From assembly GCA_023213395.1 (NCBI GenBank), contig CM041465.1:119357741-119421740 (forward strand): a stretch of DNA of 64,000 bases, given 5' to 3'. Position numbers and translations under genes: made by a program. Position 1 is the stretch's first letter. Every line of letters begins with the position of its first letter. A model generated the notes under the pieces. The model did no database searches. It saw nothing but the letters and a program-made list of their open reading frames with translations, and was not told the DNA's origin. The DNA comes from Cycas panzhihuaensis (lineage: Eukaryota; Plantae; Cycadophyta). This document shows positions 38,301 through 52,558 of the stretch, one piece after another.

Positions 38301-41300
38301 TACTAAATTTTTAAATTGGAATCAAAGAATGAAACCTATCTTTATGTCAAAATATATATGGGACTTGATTAAAATAGGTTATAGAGCACTTAATGTTAAT
38401 GCTACTAAAGATTAAAATAAGATCTATAAGGAGAATGAAAAGTGAGATAATAAAGCCTTGGCATTCATCTCTTGTGCATTGCAAGATCATATTTTTCTAA
38501 GGGTTAGTGAGGCAACTACATCAAAGGAGACATGAGACACTTTGAAGACCACCTACAAAAAAGTTACTACATCAAAACTTTAAACATTAAGGAGTAAATT
38601 TAAAAATTATAGGATGAACAATAATAAAAAAGTAAATGACTTCATAACTAAAATATAAGTCCTAATCAACCAAATGAAGGCCCTAAGTAAAGTCATTAAT
38701 GAACAAAAGGTGGTAGAGAAGATCTTAAGATGTGCTAATGATATTAAAAGATTTGAAATAATTGTAATAAGTATTGAGGTCTCCAAAGACCTAACTATCC
38801 TTAAAATTAAACAACTAAGTGTAATGTGACTTTTTATTAAAGAGAAAAGGGAGATAATAAATTTCTAGAATATGCATTTGCCACTAAGGCCAAGATTAGG
38901 CCTATCTTTCAAAGCCAAAGTTCTAAGGGAAGAAGATAATCTTCTAAAGGAAGATGTCTAAACCTTAGAAATCAAAATTAATTTCATAAAAGACAAGGTC
39001 AAGTTTATCAAGGGCTAGGACAATATCATCAAGTTCAAGGTCATTTTTATCAAGGTCAAAATCAATTTTAAGATCAAGAATAAAGACATTATTTTCTTGA
39101 CCAATTTAATCAAGGTTAAGGACAAAATTTTAGACCTCAAGAAAGAGGTAAAAGATAAAGTCTAATAGGTAAGAATCAAGGATAGAGAGAAAGAAGTTTA
39201 AGAGGAAGAGGAATAATGCAATATTCCTATTGCCATAAAAGTGGATACTTAGAAATAAATTATTTTATAAAAAGGTCCAACATATAAACAGAAACAACTA
39301 ATATAGTTGTTGAAGAACAAAAGGAAAAATAAAAGACTTTTTCTATCAAATTTGATAGTAAATGAAAAAATATATAGTTGATATATTAACTTAAGATGCT
39401 CTACCCATATGACACATAGAGAAGAATGGTTCAAGGAGCTCGACAACACTAAAAAGAGTAAAATTATGTTTGAATATAATACCACTCAAGCTATAGTTAT
39501 CAAAGAAAATGTAGCCATATAAACAAACTTGGGAGAAATAAGATGTATTAATGATATGCTCCATATCCCTACATTTAAGAAAAACTTGTTATCAGTGGGA
39601 TAAATAATAGAATAAAAATATAAGATGATATTTTATAATGATGAGTGTACCATTAAAGACAAGTTAAGGAATAAACCAATAGCTATTGAGGGTTAAACAA
39701 CTAGTGATAGATTGTTTAAACTAGTCATTCTCCCAACTAATTTTTATACCTTGAAAATATCAACTAATGTGGATAGTAAAATTTAGCATAAAAAACTTGG
39801 CTATATGAATTATAATAGTTTTGAATTAATGACAAAGATGGAAATAATGATAGGTCCACTTGATATTGAACAAGATAAGGAAATGTGTGAATGGTGTATA
39901 CTAGCCAAACAATAAAAAGAAAGAATTCATAATGATAATTATAAAGCAAATAGGTCTCTTTATCTAGTGTACACAGATCTATATGGACCAATAGATATAC
40001 ATTCACTTGGAAGATCCAAGTATTTCATAACTTTCAATGATAATTTTATAAAGATGACTTAGATTTACTTTCTCAAATACAAGTTAAATACACTCCAATA
40101 TTTTATTGACTTTAAAAACATGATTGAAAGACATATTAGACATAAAATATTGACTCTAAAATTATATAATAGAGGAGAATTTATTTCAAATAAATTAAAG
40201 GATTATTGTAGATATTATAAGATAAGGAAATAGCTTACAAATCTCTAAACATCTCAATAAAATGGAGTTGTATAAAGGAAGAAAGAAATAATTATTGAAA
40301 TGTCTAGAAGTATGCTTAAAGGTAAGTATCTTTGTAATGAATATTAGGCAAAAGGTATACATATAACTATTTATTTATTAAATTAATATACAACTAAATT
40401 AATTAGATGGGTTACACCTGAAGAAACTTAGACAAGTTACAAACCAAATATCAAATACTTAAGAGTTTTTGGTATATAACTTATGCACATATTTCAAAAT
40501 AAAGAAAAATAAAATTGAATAACAAAAATACTAAATGTACATTTATAGGATATAGTAACTCATCAAGATCTTATAAACTATATGATCTAAAAGGTAAAAA
40601 GATTATTATAAGAAGGGATGTCATCTTCAAAGAAGATGAATTCTATCAAGAGGAAGTTATTAAAAAGGATAAAAGCTAAAAATGCTATGATTAAAGTAGA
40701 CTCTATCTCAAATGGTACAAATGTATCTAATTCAAATGAAGTAGGATCGTCTACTTCAATTCAAAGGGTTCCAAAATAGATACAAAGGTCTCATCACCCT
40801 CAAAATATCTTAGTAACTTTGAGAGAAGAAGAACAAGATCTCGAAGGGTAAACGTTGCACTTATGACTCAAGTTATGGGGTCAAATAAGCCTCAAAACTT
40901 TGAAGAGATAAACATGCAAGATGAATAGAAAAATATAATAAAGGAAGAGTACAATGCCTTATTAAAGAATGACACATAGGAGTAATTTGATTTACCACCT
41001 AGAAAGAATGTTATTAGAAAAAAATAAATCTATAACGGTAAGTATAAATGAGATGGATCCGTTAATAAATACAAGGCAAGATTAATTACAAAGTGATATT
41101 CTTAAATTAAAAGCATAGATTATAATAAAACATGTACACATATTGCAAGGTTAGAAATAGTCAGATTAATCATAGCCTTAACTATATAATAAGGTTAGAT
41201 AGTCCATCAAATAGATGTAAAAAGTGTCTTTTTTAATGGCTATATAGATATAGAGATCTATATTTAATAACCTACGGATTTTAAAGTGAAAGAAAAAGAA

Positions 41301-42722
41301 GACAAGGTCTATAAATCAAAAAGGCTTTATATGGACTCAAATAAGCACCTAAAGTATGGTACTCTAGGATTGATAAATATTTTAAGGATAAACAATTCCT
41401 AAGAAGCCAATTAGACCCCAATTTTTATATATAATTGAAAAGAAGCTTAATACTAATTATAAACTTATATGTAGATGACTTAGTATATACTAGAAATCAT
41501 GATTACGTATTCCAAAAGTTTAAGAAAGATATCTGTAAAGAGTTTAAAATATTAGACTTGGGACTTATGTATTATTTCTTAGGTATTGAAGTATAGCAAG
41601 ATGAAATGAAAATATTTGTATCTTAAAAGAAATACACATTGAATATGTTGCACATATTTAATCTAGACAGTTACAAGCCACTTGCAATACTAGTAAATGT
41701 TGGGTTGAAACTATCTAAGTTTGAGGAATATGAATCAGATAATCCTACACTTTATAGGTAGTTAATTGGGAACTTGATTTACTTGACTTGAACTCGACTA
41801 GACATTATGTTTGCAGTTGGTGCAGTTTTTAAGTTTATACATGAGCTTAAGGTAAAACATTGGCAAGCAGCCAAAAGGATTCGTAAGTATCTTAGAGGAA
41901 CTATTGGGTATGGTTTATATTACAGGTCATCAAGAGATTATAGGTTGATTGGTTATATAGAATTAGACTAGGTAGGTTGTATAGATGATAGGAAATCTAC
42001 TTCAAGTTATGCATTCAATTTAGGTTCAATATTAGTAACATGGAGTTCAAAGAAGTAAGTAACAATATCTCTATCTACTGCAAAAGCATACTATAAAGTA
42101 GTTATATCTAGAACTTATGAGATAGTTTAGTTTCAAAGATTACTTCAGGATTTACAAGAAAAAAAGGTTAGTATTATATAGTTGTTTTGTGATAATCAAA
42201 ACACAATTCAAATGACTAGGAATCTAATGTTTCATAGCAAAATAAAATACATTGAAACATAACATCACTTCATCAAAGTGTTGGTACAGTAAGGTGAATT
42301 AGAATTGGTCCAATGCAACATTGAAGATCAACTAGTAGACATTTTTATAAAGGCACTTGGAAAAATAAAGTTTATCAAATTCAAGGATAAACTCAGAGTC
42401 TCTCCAAATGAGCATTATAGGGAAGAAATATTGGAATAATATCCATATTGGGGTAATTACCCACCTTAGAGAAATTACCCACATTAGGGCAATAACTCAA
42501 ATCATGGGAGATATCTTGGTGGTGCTTTGTCAAGCATTTGTCAATGCCAAAGGGTAATGGACCTTTAGAGGTGTGTCAAATCCTCTCAGTCCTGCCTATA
42601 TCTTTAAGGGATCTAAAGACCCTAATGTTCATCAACACCACCATCCTCATAGATTGTTGGTGGTCTCTTTTTTGCTTGCATTTCATTCTTCTTCTTTATT
42701 CTTTTATCCTCTGATTCCATAA
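35389..42722 (+). mobile_element. Element H: full-length decayed Ty1/Copia with a 2.5-kb leader
   Basis: LTRs 35389-35682 and 42429-42722. PBS 35685-35695. PPT ~42417-42428. TSD TTGAT/TTGAC. gag from ~38258, then PR/INT/RT/RH to ~42410. Confidence 0.9.
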
Positions 42723-44228
42723 TTGACCTCCTTAATAGACCTATGCAATTTTCCCCCTTAGGCTAGTGTGCAACATGTTAGGGGAGATAAAAGACACCTC
42801 TTAACCTTTCTTTTTAAGTTAGGACTTGGTTAGAATAAAAGTTATTTATGTTATATAGAAACAAAAATAAAATTATATTTGGTCATTGGTCTCATTCTAG
42901 AGATTTCATCTCTAATATAAAATATGTTCTATTAAGGAGTTGTGTTGTGTAGATCAATGCCCATATAGATAAAGTATATGTGGAACTCTTTCATTTTCTA
43001 GAATTAATTAACCACTAGGAATATGCTCCTTGTTCATTAAGTTATATCTTGTCAAAGTCAAAAGTTATTAATTTATGATAAGCAAGCAAAGAGCATAATG
43101 ATTGTGACCCTCAAAGTGAATCTTAGAAAAGTAAATGAAAATCGTCCTACCCTTCTAATCCATGACATGCAACTTATTATACTATACATCCCAAATTCCT
43201 ATAAGTAGAGGGCCAAACATGAAGCCTCATTATAAGGCCTCCACCTTTTATAATTGGTGACTACCTCATTAAAATAATAAAAATGATAACAATGATGGTT
43301 GGGGTTAGGGATAGGGTTCTAAATAATAGAAGGAACATGTAAATCCATAAATATTTATGCTTTTGAGCCATGTTTTTAGCAACTTTTACTTCTTTATTTA
43401 TTTGTGATTTCAATTATAGTTGTAGTAGTATCATCCATGGGACAATCTTTATCTCCCTTATTTCTTATTATAATTATTTATAGTATTATTTATCAATAGA
43501 AGTTATTAAGTTGAATTAAAACATAAAAAATAAAAAAACATTAGAATTTACTTTCTCTATTGTCTTTTAGATGATTAATAAAAAAATCCCCAATTTTACC
43601 CATAAAATTATGATTCATGGCAATTAGTACATGCCTATTGCAAATAGTTAACACAACAGCCCTCTGTAATATAGTTCTTAGTAGTAAATTTGATTTAATA
43701 AATTAAACACTCACTTTCTCTAGCACAAATACATAATGTATTAGAAAAATGATTGGTTAAAGATAAAAAGTTATTAATTTTATAAATTAAAAATATGGCT
43801 AATTAAATATAAAAATTAATGTGGAAAGTTTAAAATGTTGTTAATTAAATAATAAAGTCTAGATTCACATAATTAAATCCTTTATTGTTTTATTTATATA
43901 TTAAAAGTATGGTTGGTTGAATATGAAAGTGTTATTTTCCCTAATAGATGTTGTTAAGCATAATGTATCATTATATTTTTGTACCCTAAGATTCTTTTTA
44001 TTTATGCCATAGGCTTTATTTTAGCAAATCCTACACGTTTTATACTTTTTACATGTACTTATCATTCTTTTTATATGTATTTGTACTATGCTCCTTCATT
44101 ACATTCATTTAATATAAGTAATTATATTTTAGTGAAGGTATTACATTCACAGTATTTAAAGTGTCCTTAATCTATTGCATGGTATCAAAGCATGGATCAA
44201 TACTTGTGTATTGAAAAAGGGTTAATAC

Positions 44229-47200
44229 TAATAGAAAATATAATTTTAAAAAAAAAGAATTTTGTTTATTTGATTAATGAGAGAGGATAATCTCTCTTAT
44301 ATACAATAAATTTACATAATTAATTTGTACATAAATGGCAAATATCATCTTATGTATCAAGTATTGTCTTAAGATGAAAGAGGGACAATGACACCTAACC
44401 CTCAAGTTACATAAAGAATACTATAGTACAAAGTTTAGGATAAAACATTAATATTCTAACACCCTCCCTTAATATTTTATCATTTATTTTTTATTCCAAG
44501 TAGATCCCTAAAATACTAAAATTTATCTTTTGATAGTGGATTTATGAAGATATCTACAATTTGTTGATCACTGTTGCAATATTATAAATCAATCTCTTTG
44601 TTATAGATATTTTCTTTGATGAACTTCTATGTGTTTGGTCCTTGTATGGAAGACAGAATTTTTAGTGAATTTGATCATAATTTAATTGTTATAATAGATT
44701 GTAGTTACTTTTTCATATTGTTGATTTAAATTATTCAAGAGTTATCTTAACCAAACTACTTCAAAAGTTGCAGTTACTACAACTTTATACTGTACTTTTG
44801 TTAAGGACAGAGCTACTATTGGTTGTTTTTTGCTGCTCCATGATGTTACAGTTATTCCAAGATTGAAGCAATATCCTGATATGAATTTTTATTCATAAGA
44901 CTCTTTAGCCTAGTCAAAGTTAATGAATCTAATTAAGCTTGGTTTATTTACCTTGACATATTATAGTCCAAGATCTAAAGTGCCTTTGATATACCTTAAG
45001 ATTCTCTTAGAAGTATTCCAATGAATGGTTTTTAGATTATGCATGAATCTAGAGATGACTCCAATAGAGAAAGATATGTCTGCTCTGATAGTTAATAAGT
45101 AAATAAGATTTCCAATTAATTATCTAAAGAAAGTTTTATTTACTTCCTAATATTTGTCTTCACTAGCAGTTTGAATACAACCTACTTCCATAGGTATGAC
45201 ACATGCATTACATTCATCCATATTGAACCTTTTTAAAAGATTATTAGCATACTTGGTTTATGAGATAAAGATTCTACTTTCTACTTGTTTAATTCCTATG
45301 CCAAAATAATAGTGAATAGCACCGATGTTAGATGTTTCAAAATTATTTTCCATGTGTTTTGATCTAGCGAATGGTTTCTCGATCATTGCCTGTGATAATT
45401 AAGTCATCTACATATATTGTTATTATAGTGATCAAATCTTTTTATTTCTTTATATAAAGACTTGGATTAACTTCATATCTATTGAAACCACTTTTCTGAA
45501 GATGACGATCCAATTTAACATGTTAGGCTTTAAGTGCTTATTTTAGGCTAAATAATGCCTTTTTAATCTACAGACCAGATGTTCTTCTCCTTTCTTTAAA
45601 TATCTAGGTGGTTGTTCCATATAAACTTTTTCAATGATATTAGAAAGGCATTTTTTACATCTAATTACACAAGTTCCCATCCATATTAGGCTACGAAAGT
45701 TATAATTGTGCAAATAATTATTAACTTTGCCACAAGAGTAAAGTTTCTTCATAGTCGATGCATGTTGTCTAAGCATACCATTTTGCTACAAGTCAAACTT
45801 TATATCTTTTAACACTTCCATCTGGATTTCCTTTTATTTTATATACCCATTTGTAGTCTATAATAAGCTTATCTTTTAGCAGAGAATCTAATTTCCAAGT
45901 GCTATTTTAGTTTATGGATTCCCATTTCTTTGTTTATGACTTCTTGCCATTTTATTTTCTGGCATGCTTCTTTAGAACTTTAAGGTTCTACTAAATAGGC
46001 CAAAGCTTGATGCTTTTAAGATTTTGTTCTATGCTCAAACACATCTCTTTTTTATTCTTCAATTCTTTTTAAATACCACTTAGGTAATCTTTTCTCTAAG
46101 ATATCCTCTTGTCTTTCTTCTTCAAACAATGTTTCTAACTCTTCTATGTCTTCTTGAAAAGTTTATTCTTCTTTGTCTTCCTAAGAAGCTAATTCTTCCT
46201 CAACTAGGCTATTTTTATTGGTAGATTCTACATTTTGCTCTAATATTATGTCTTGTTTATAATAGGTAATATCTTTACTGATTAAGATACTTTTATCAAA
46301 GGTTATATCTCTGGTTACATAGATTTACTTTGTTTTCACATATATGCAGAGATAAGCTTTTAATTTTGAACTATATCCAATCATAATGCATTTAATGTTT
46401 TCATCATTTAATTATGTTCTTTTCTAAGTTGGAATATACATGTAAGTAATGCTTCCAAAGGTTCTTAGATGATTTATATCTGGACTTCTGCCTATTCATG
46501 CTTTCTCTGAAGTAACTTCATCAAGCACCTTTGTGGGATATTTGTTTATTAAATAAACAGTAGTATTAATTGCTTCAAACCAATATATATTTAAGACATC
46601 TTTTCTTTTATCATACATCAAGCCATTTATGTTATAGTTCTATTCAACCTTTTAACTACTCTATTTGACTATGTTGTATATGAAGTAGTGATTTGTCTAT
46701 GAATGCTATGAATTTTATAAAAAATTAAAAATTCATTTAAAACATATTCTCCAGCTCCGTATGTTCTAAACATTTTTATTTTGTACCCATTTTCCAACTC
46801 AACTTAAGCCTTAAATGCTTTAAAGCAATAAAAACCTTCAAGTTTATTAAAGATGAAAAACACCTAAGTTTTTTTAGTAAAGTCATCTATAAAAGTAAAA
46901 AAATACCTAACACAATTTATAAAGTTTAGTGTGATTGGTCCACATATATCACTATGAACTAATTCCAATTTTTCTTTTGATCTCTAATTACTTTCCTACA
47001 ATGACATTTTGTGTTGTTTACCTAACATATAATTTTATAGGAGAAGGAATTTATTATGAAATTAGTAGGCAACCCATTAACCACATCAAGATTTTTTAGC
47101 ATTTTTAATCTATCATCTACAATGTGACCATTGCAAGAATGCCAGATTTCATTATCATTATTCTAAATAACAAAAGTTTTTATAAAAGAAATAATAGGAG

Positions 47201-49462
47201 TGGAAACTAAGTTATAAGGATTGCCAGTTTCCACTCCTTCAGCAATGGTTTTGCCTCATCTTCTCATATCAATAATATAACATTTTTCATCTTCATAAAA
47301 AATTATTTAAAGTTTCTTCTTTCTTAATTGTGATACATAAAAAAGATTTTTCTTCAAACCTAGAACAAATAAAACATTACCAATTTTCTTGATATCCTAC
47401 TTAGTTTAAACTGCTATGGTTCATTTGCCTTTGATCTTCAGAGAATAATCATCACCCAACTCTATAATTTTATCTATCAAATATGGTTGTAGGGTTTTGA
47501 ACCAATCTTCTCTTCCAATCACGTGATTTGAGGCGTTGGAGCCAACGAACCAATCTTCACTATATCGAGTGTATGAGACTAGGGCAGCAACAAACGCAAT
47601 CTCTTCTTCGTCTTCATCTTTGGGTTGTTCTTTACTGTAACTACCTTCAACACACTTACCCTTTGAAATGTTAGCTCTTTTATAGAAATAATTGCTAAAG
47701 AGATATCCATACCTGCTACAATAATAGGAATCCTGACTTTTTATTGTTTTATATTCTATAATAATATGACCAATTCTTCTACAACGATAACATACCTATG
47801 TATCTGATGATCTTCCTCTATTTGATCCTCTAATAAATCTTCCACTATCAGTTCTTATCTCAATTGATCTTCCTTGTGTATCTCTTCCTCATTCACCAAT
47901 CGTGAGCCTTGAAACAAAGGCTTCTTCGACCTTTGTTTCATCTTTGTATCTATAAATTCTCTACTCTTATTAAAGAAGATGACCACATAAGGTATCAAAT
48001 AACATGGTTCTAGCTTGTCCTCTAATAGTAAGAGTGTTTATTAAATTATCAAAAAAAATTAGAAATTTGTTAAGTATTAAGAGAACAATTTCGGTATATG
48101 GTATTGATTCACCTGCAAAGGCCAAATTGTGTTTGATTTCTACTAATTTGGTAAAAAAGTCTATAACTTATTCACCCCCCTATAAGTAAAGCTGATAAAG
48201 TTGTTCTCTCATAGTGATAATATAGGCTTCATTCTTCTAGCTATATACTAAAGTAAGAGCTTTCAAGGCTTCTATTAAGGAAGTGGCTTCACTAATGTGT
48301 TAAGATCGAATCACTTATGCATAGGGTAATTATGGCTAGAGCTTGTTTATCCCTTTCTTCCCAACTAACTATTTTTACAACATCAATAGTTGGTTTCCTT
48401 TCCCGTTTAATAGCAATATCCCATGCATTCTTTGTAATTAAAAGCCCCCTTATTTTAATTTTCTAAACAACATAATTGTGGCCTATTAACTTATCTAATT
48501 CTCCTAAAGAGTAAATTGTGGCCATTTTTTAGTGCTCAAAAAGAAAAAATATAGATTCTGATTTTTGAATGGTTGTGGTAATCCAAATTTATACAACCAT
48601 ACAAATGTATAAAAGAAGTACAATTGTACAGAACCTCAAAATAACCCCCTCAAAATTTTGTCATTGACTTCGTGTACAATGATTTGAAATCAATTTTTGG
48701 AAAGCAATTCTAAATTTGAGAAAAAACACTTGAAGTAAAAAAAACGCAACTTGGGTTTAAATTATATTTTTGCTTATAACTTCAAAAATCCTTTGTGAAA
48801 TCTTGCAATCTTACACTTAATGGAAAGCTTATGACATAAAGAGAAGTTTAAGACCACTTACTCAGTCTGAGACAAAAAAAAGAAAAAAGAAATCTACTGT
48901 AAAAACAAGAAACCTATGCACCTCTTTCTTCACAAATTTTCACTTATCGAGGCTGAATTTATAAATGCTACCTTGAGATAGCAAAATATATTCGAACAGA
49001 CGTTTATGCTGGTAAAATTTCACTTGATCTTGAGCACTCTAATTTTTCTATTTGTACAGGTCCATACGATTCCGTACTATACTGTATACCTTTCTTTAGG
49101 CTTTAAATTTCTTTAAAATTTTATTTTTTTGCTCCTTTCTCAATTTCTTAGGCACATAGACTTGATATTCTAATTTGGCCTCAGTTTGTTTGGCTTCGAT
49201 TTGTCTTCCTATTAGACTTGCTCTAATACCATAATAGAAAACAGAATTAAAGAAAATAAATTTTATTCATTTGATTGATAAGAGAGAGTAATCTCTCTTA
49301 TATACAACAAGTTTATATAATCGATTTGTACATGAATAACAAATGTCATCTTATATAATAAGTGTTATCTTAAGATGAAAGAGGGACAATGACACCTAAC
49401 CCTTAACTTACATAAAGAATACTATAGTACAAAGTTTGGAATAAAACATTAATATTCTAACA
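44229..49462 (-). mobile_element. Element J: full-length decayed Ty1/Copia
   Basis: LTRs 44229-44461 and 49232-49462. PBS 49220-49231. PPT 44462-44470. RT motif VYMEQPP..KKGEEHLVCRLK in ORF 45543-45776. The TSD is only partly conserved. Confidence 0.9.
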
Positions 49463-52286
49463 AACAATTATGTTCCATAAGTAAGTTGAATCATGCCTAT
49501 TTCTTTTTTGACTAGGTCATATGTAGTTCTCATATGAGTTTTGTTGTCAAAAGGCACCAAATCAATTGTTTGTTTATGACCTACTTTATTTTTTAAAAAG
49601 GCTAAATAAAACCCTTTGCTTTCTCTTAACCTTGCGACCTCTAAGTACAAGTTTAAACTCATGTTTACAACCCATTGGTCTAGATTATTGGTTTTCTTCT
49701 TCTTCTTTTCTTTTCTTTTTTTTTTTTAATTATCATCTTTTATGAAATGGTAGCCATTTATTCCCTTCCAAAGCAAGATAAGTTTAACAAAGTTAATTAC
49801 AACACTTTGAGAATTAAAATGAGGAGCATACTAATAGCTTAAAATGCTTAGGAAATAATGAATGGCATTCCTCAAACTCTAGTTGACTTGAATGAGATAA
49901 GAAACATTAAAGAAAAAGACAGAATGGCAATAGCAACAATTACTCTTCAAATTATTGACCACATACTCACTCAAATCTCAAAAGTAAGAACTTCAAATGA
50001 AACATGGGCCATCCTTAAAAAGGATACTCAGGGAACATATTTGAGAAGGAAGAAAATTAAAAAATAAAAAATAGAAATAGAAATCACTCTTGTAACATCT
50101 AAAAATGTTATATCAAATAACTATTACATTGATTCAAAGGCATCCAAGGACATGATGTCATTGAAATACCAGTTTAAAAGCATGGAAGAACATCATGGAG
50201 GCAATATTGTTAAACTAGGAGAACTCCACTTACCTTGCTAAGGGAAAAGGGACCATTCCCTTGAGGATTACAAATAGAGAAATCAAAAAAACAAATGTAT
50301 TTTATGTCTCCAATATAAAAAATTTTGCTTTTAGCCTTCTAAATGACCAAGAAACAATTCAAAATCGAGTTATATTAACAAATACCTAGCTAGGGATAAA
50401 AAGAAAAATCATAAAGTCATTGAAAGAAAAGAGGAAAATGACCTATGTAAGTTCATAGGTTCTCCTACTCTACAAACCTCTATTGCAAGTAAAGGAAATC
50501 CTATATATGAAATCTAACATTTGAAGTATGACCATTTGAATTATCAGAGCCTAATTCAATTGGGAAAATCCAACATGGCAAGTAGATTACCAAACATACA
50601 AGGTAATGGAAGGATATGTAAAGGGTCAATGTTGGCAAAACAACACACGAATAAATTTCCTAAAGCCACTTTAGCCAAAAAATGTGACTCCTAAAAGAGT
50701 CTTTCAACTATGTCCCTAAGAGCTAAGAACAAATTTGAAATCATTTATAATGACCTATGTAACCCCATGAAAATGAGATCTCCCAGAGTAGCAACATTTT
50801 TTATCACCTTCATTGATGACTTGGTCAAATAAACATGGGTCCATTTCATCAAGAATAAATCTTATGCTTTTTCCATATTCAAATAATTCAAAGCTTTGAT
50901 CAAAGCTAAAAGTAGGAAGAAGACCAAAATTCTCAGAATAGACAATGGAGGTCAATTCACCTCCAATGACTTCTTCAAATATTGTAAGTCCCACAAAATC
51001 AAAAGACCACTAACAACCACCTACACCCATCAATCAAATAGAATTACTAAATGAGAAAAATAAAGCTACTACATAAATAGCATAGAGCATGTTAAAAGGA
51101 AAAAGCATATCAACTGGACTCTAGGCTAAGGTTATCAACACTATAGTCTACTTTATCAACAGGAGCCCTATTAAAATTGTTCGATGAAATTTTCCCAAAG
51201 AAGCTTGGACCAATAAAAAACCAAACATCAAACATCTAAAGATACTTAGGAGTATTCCCTTTGTTGATGAAAAGAGCATAAAATATATCTTTATAGGTTA
51301 CAGTGAAAAGTTTAAAGTCTATCGATGTATCAAATTAGCAACAAATGGAGCCATCATAAACAAGGATGTTATATTTGAAGAATATTATATTCTAATTAAA
51401 ATCCGAGTAGCAAAAGAAGAGGAAAACACTCACAAAATTAGTCCTACACTTGCAAAAAATGAAGTTCAAACCAAATCAACAAAAAAAAAAATCTTCCAAA
51501 GATGAAAGTTCCCTCAGCAATAACATTCTAAAAATTATTAAAATCAAATAAGAGTTGCAAAATGGTATCTATCTACCCTTCATGATTCAAGGATAAATCC
51601 ATCGAGCATCAAAGAACGAAGACAAATACAGTCTTAAAACAATGTTGATAAATAAATTGCCCTTAGTTGTGCCTTGAGTATAGACAAGCCTATATCTTTT
51701 GAAGAAACGCAAGACAACAAATATTAGAATGAGGCTATGAATAAAAAAATCTCAACCATCAAAAGAATCAACACGTCAAAACTAAGAGAACTTCCAAAGG
51801 GGAAATAAAGACCAAGGAAAGTTCTTCCCCTATAACAAAATTAATCACGATCCATACTATTATACCTCTAGTTGCTCAATTCAACAAGAAATTTTATTAA
51901 ATGGGCATTAGGAGTGCCTTTGAGAATGGAGATCTTGAAAAGAAAGTGTACATGGACCAACCTACCAAGGTTTATCAGAAAGAGAGAAGAGTATATTGTC
52001 TACAAATTAAAAAGGGCTTTGTATAGTGTAAAATAAGTACCCAAGACACAAGATAACAAGATTGATCGATGTCTTAAAGGGGATGGTTTTCACCTAAGTG
52101 GATCTAACCCAGGTCTTTATATAAAAATTAGAAATGAAGGGATCACCATTATTATAATTGTCTATATAGATGACGTCCTTATCATGATGAATGATAAAGA
52201 GCAACTAAAAGAGAATTTGATGTGAACTTTTAAAATGATAAATTTGGAACTTCTTTACTACTACTTAGAGGTGAAAATAATCAAAG

Positions 52287-52496
52287 TGTTCAGAAACATG
52301 AATTCATACATATATATGTTCCTATCCACAGAATCTTTAACCATTCGCAATAAGCAAATAGATATATACACAAAATACAAATGCACAGTACACAAAATTT
52401 ATATGGAAAACCTTTTCAGAAAAAAACCCACCACAAAAGATTCTTTGGATTATATTGATTACACACCAATTGACATATTGATATACAAGGGTTCTA

Positions 52497-52558
<62 letters not shown>
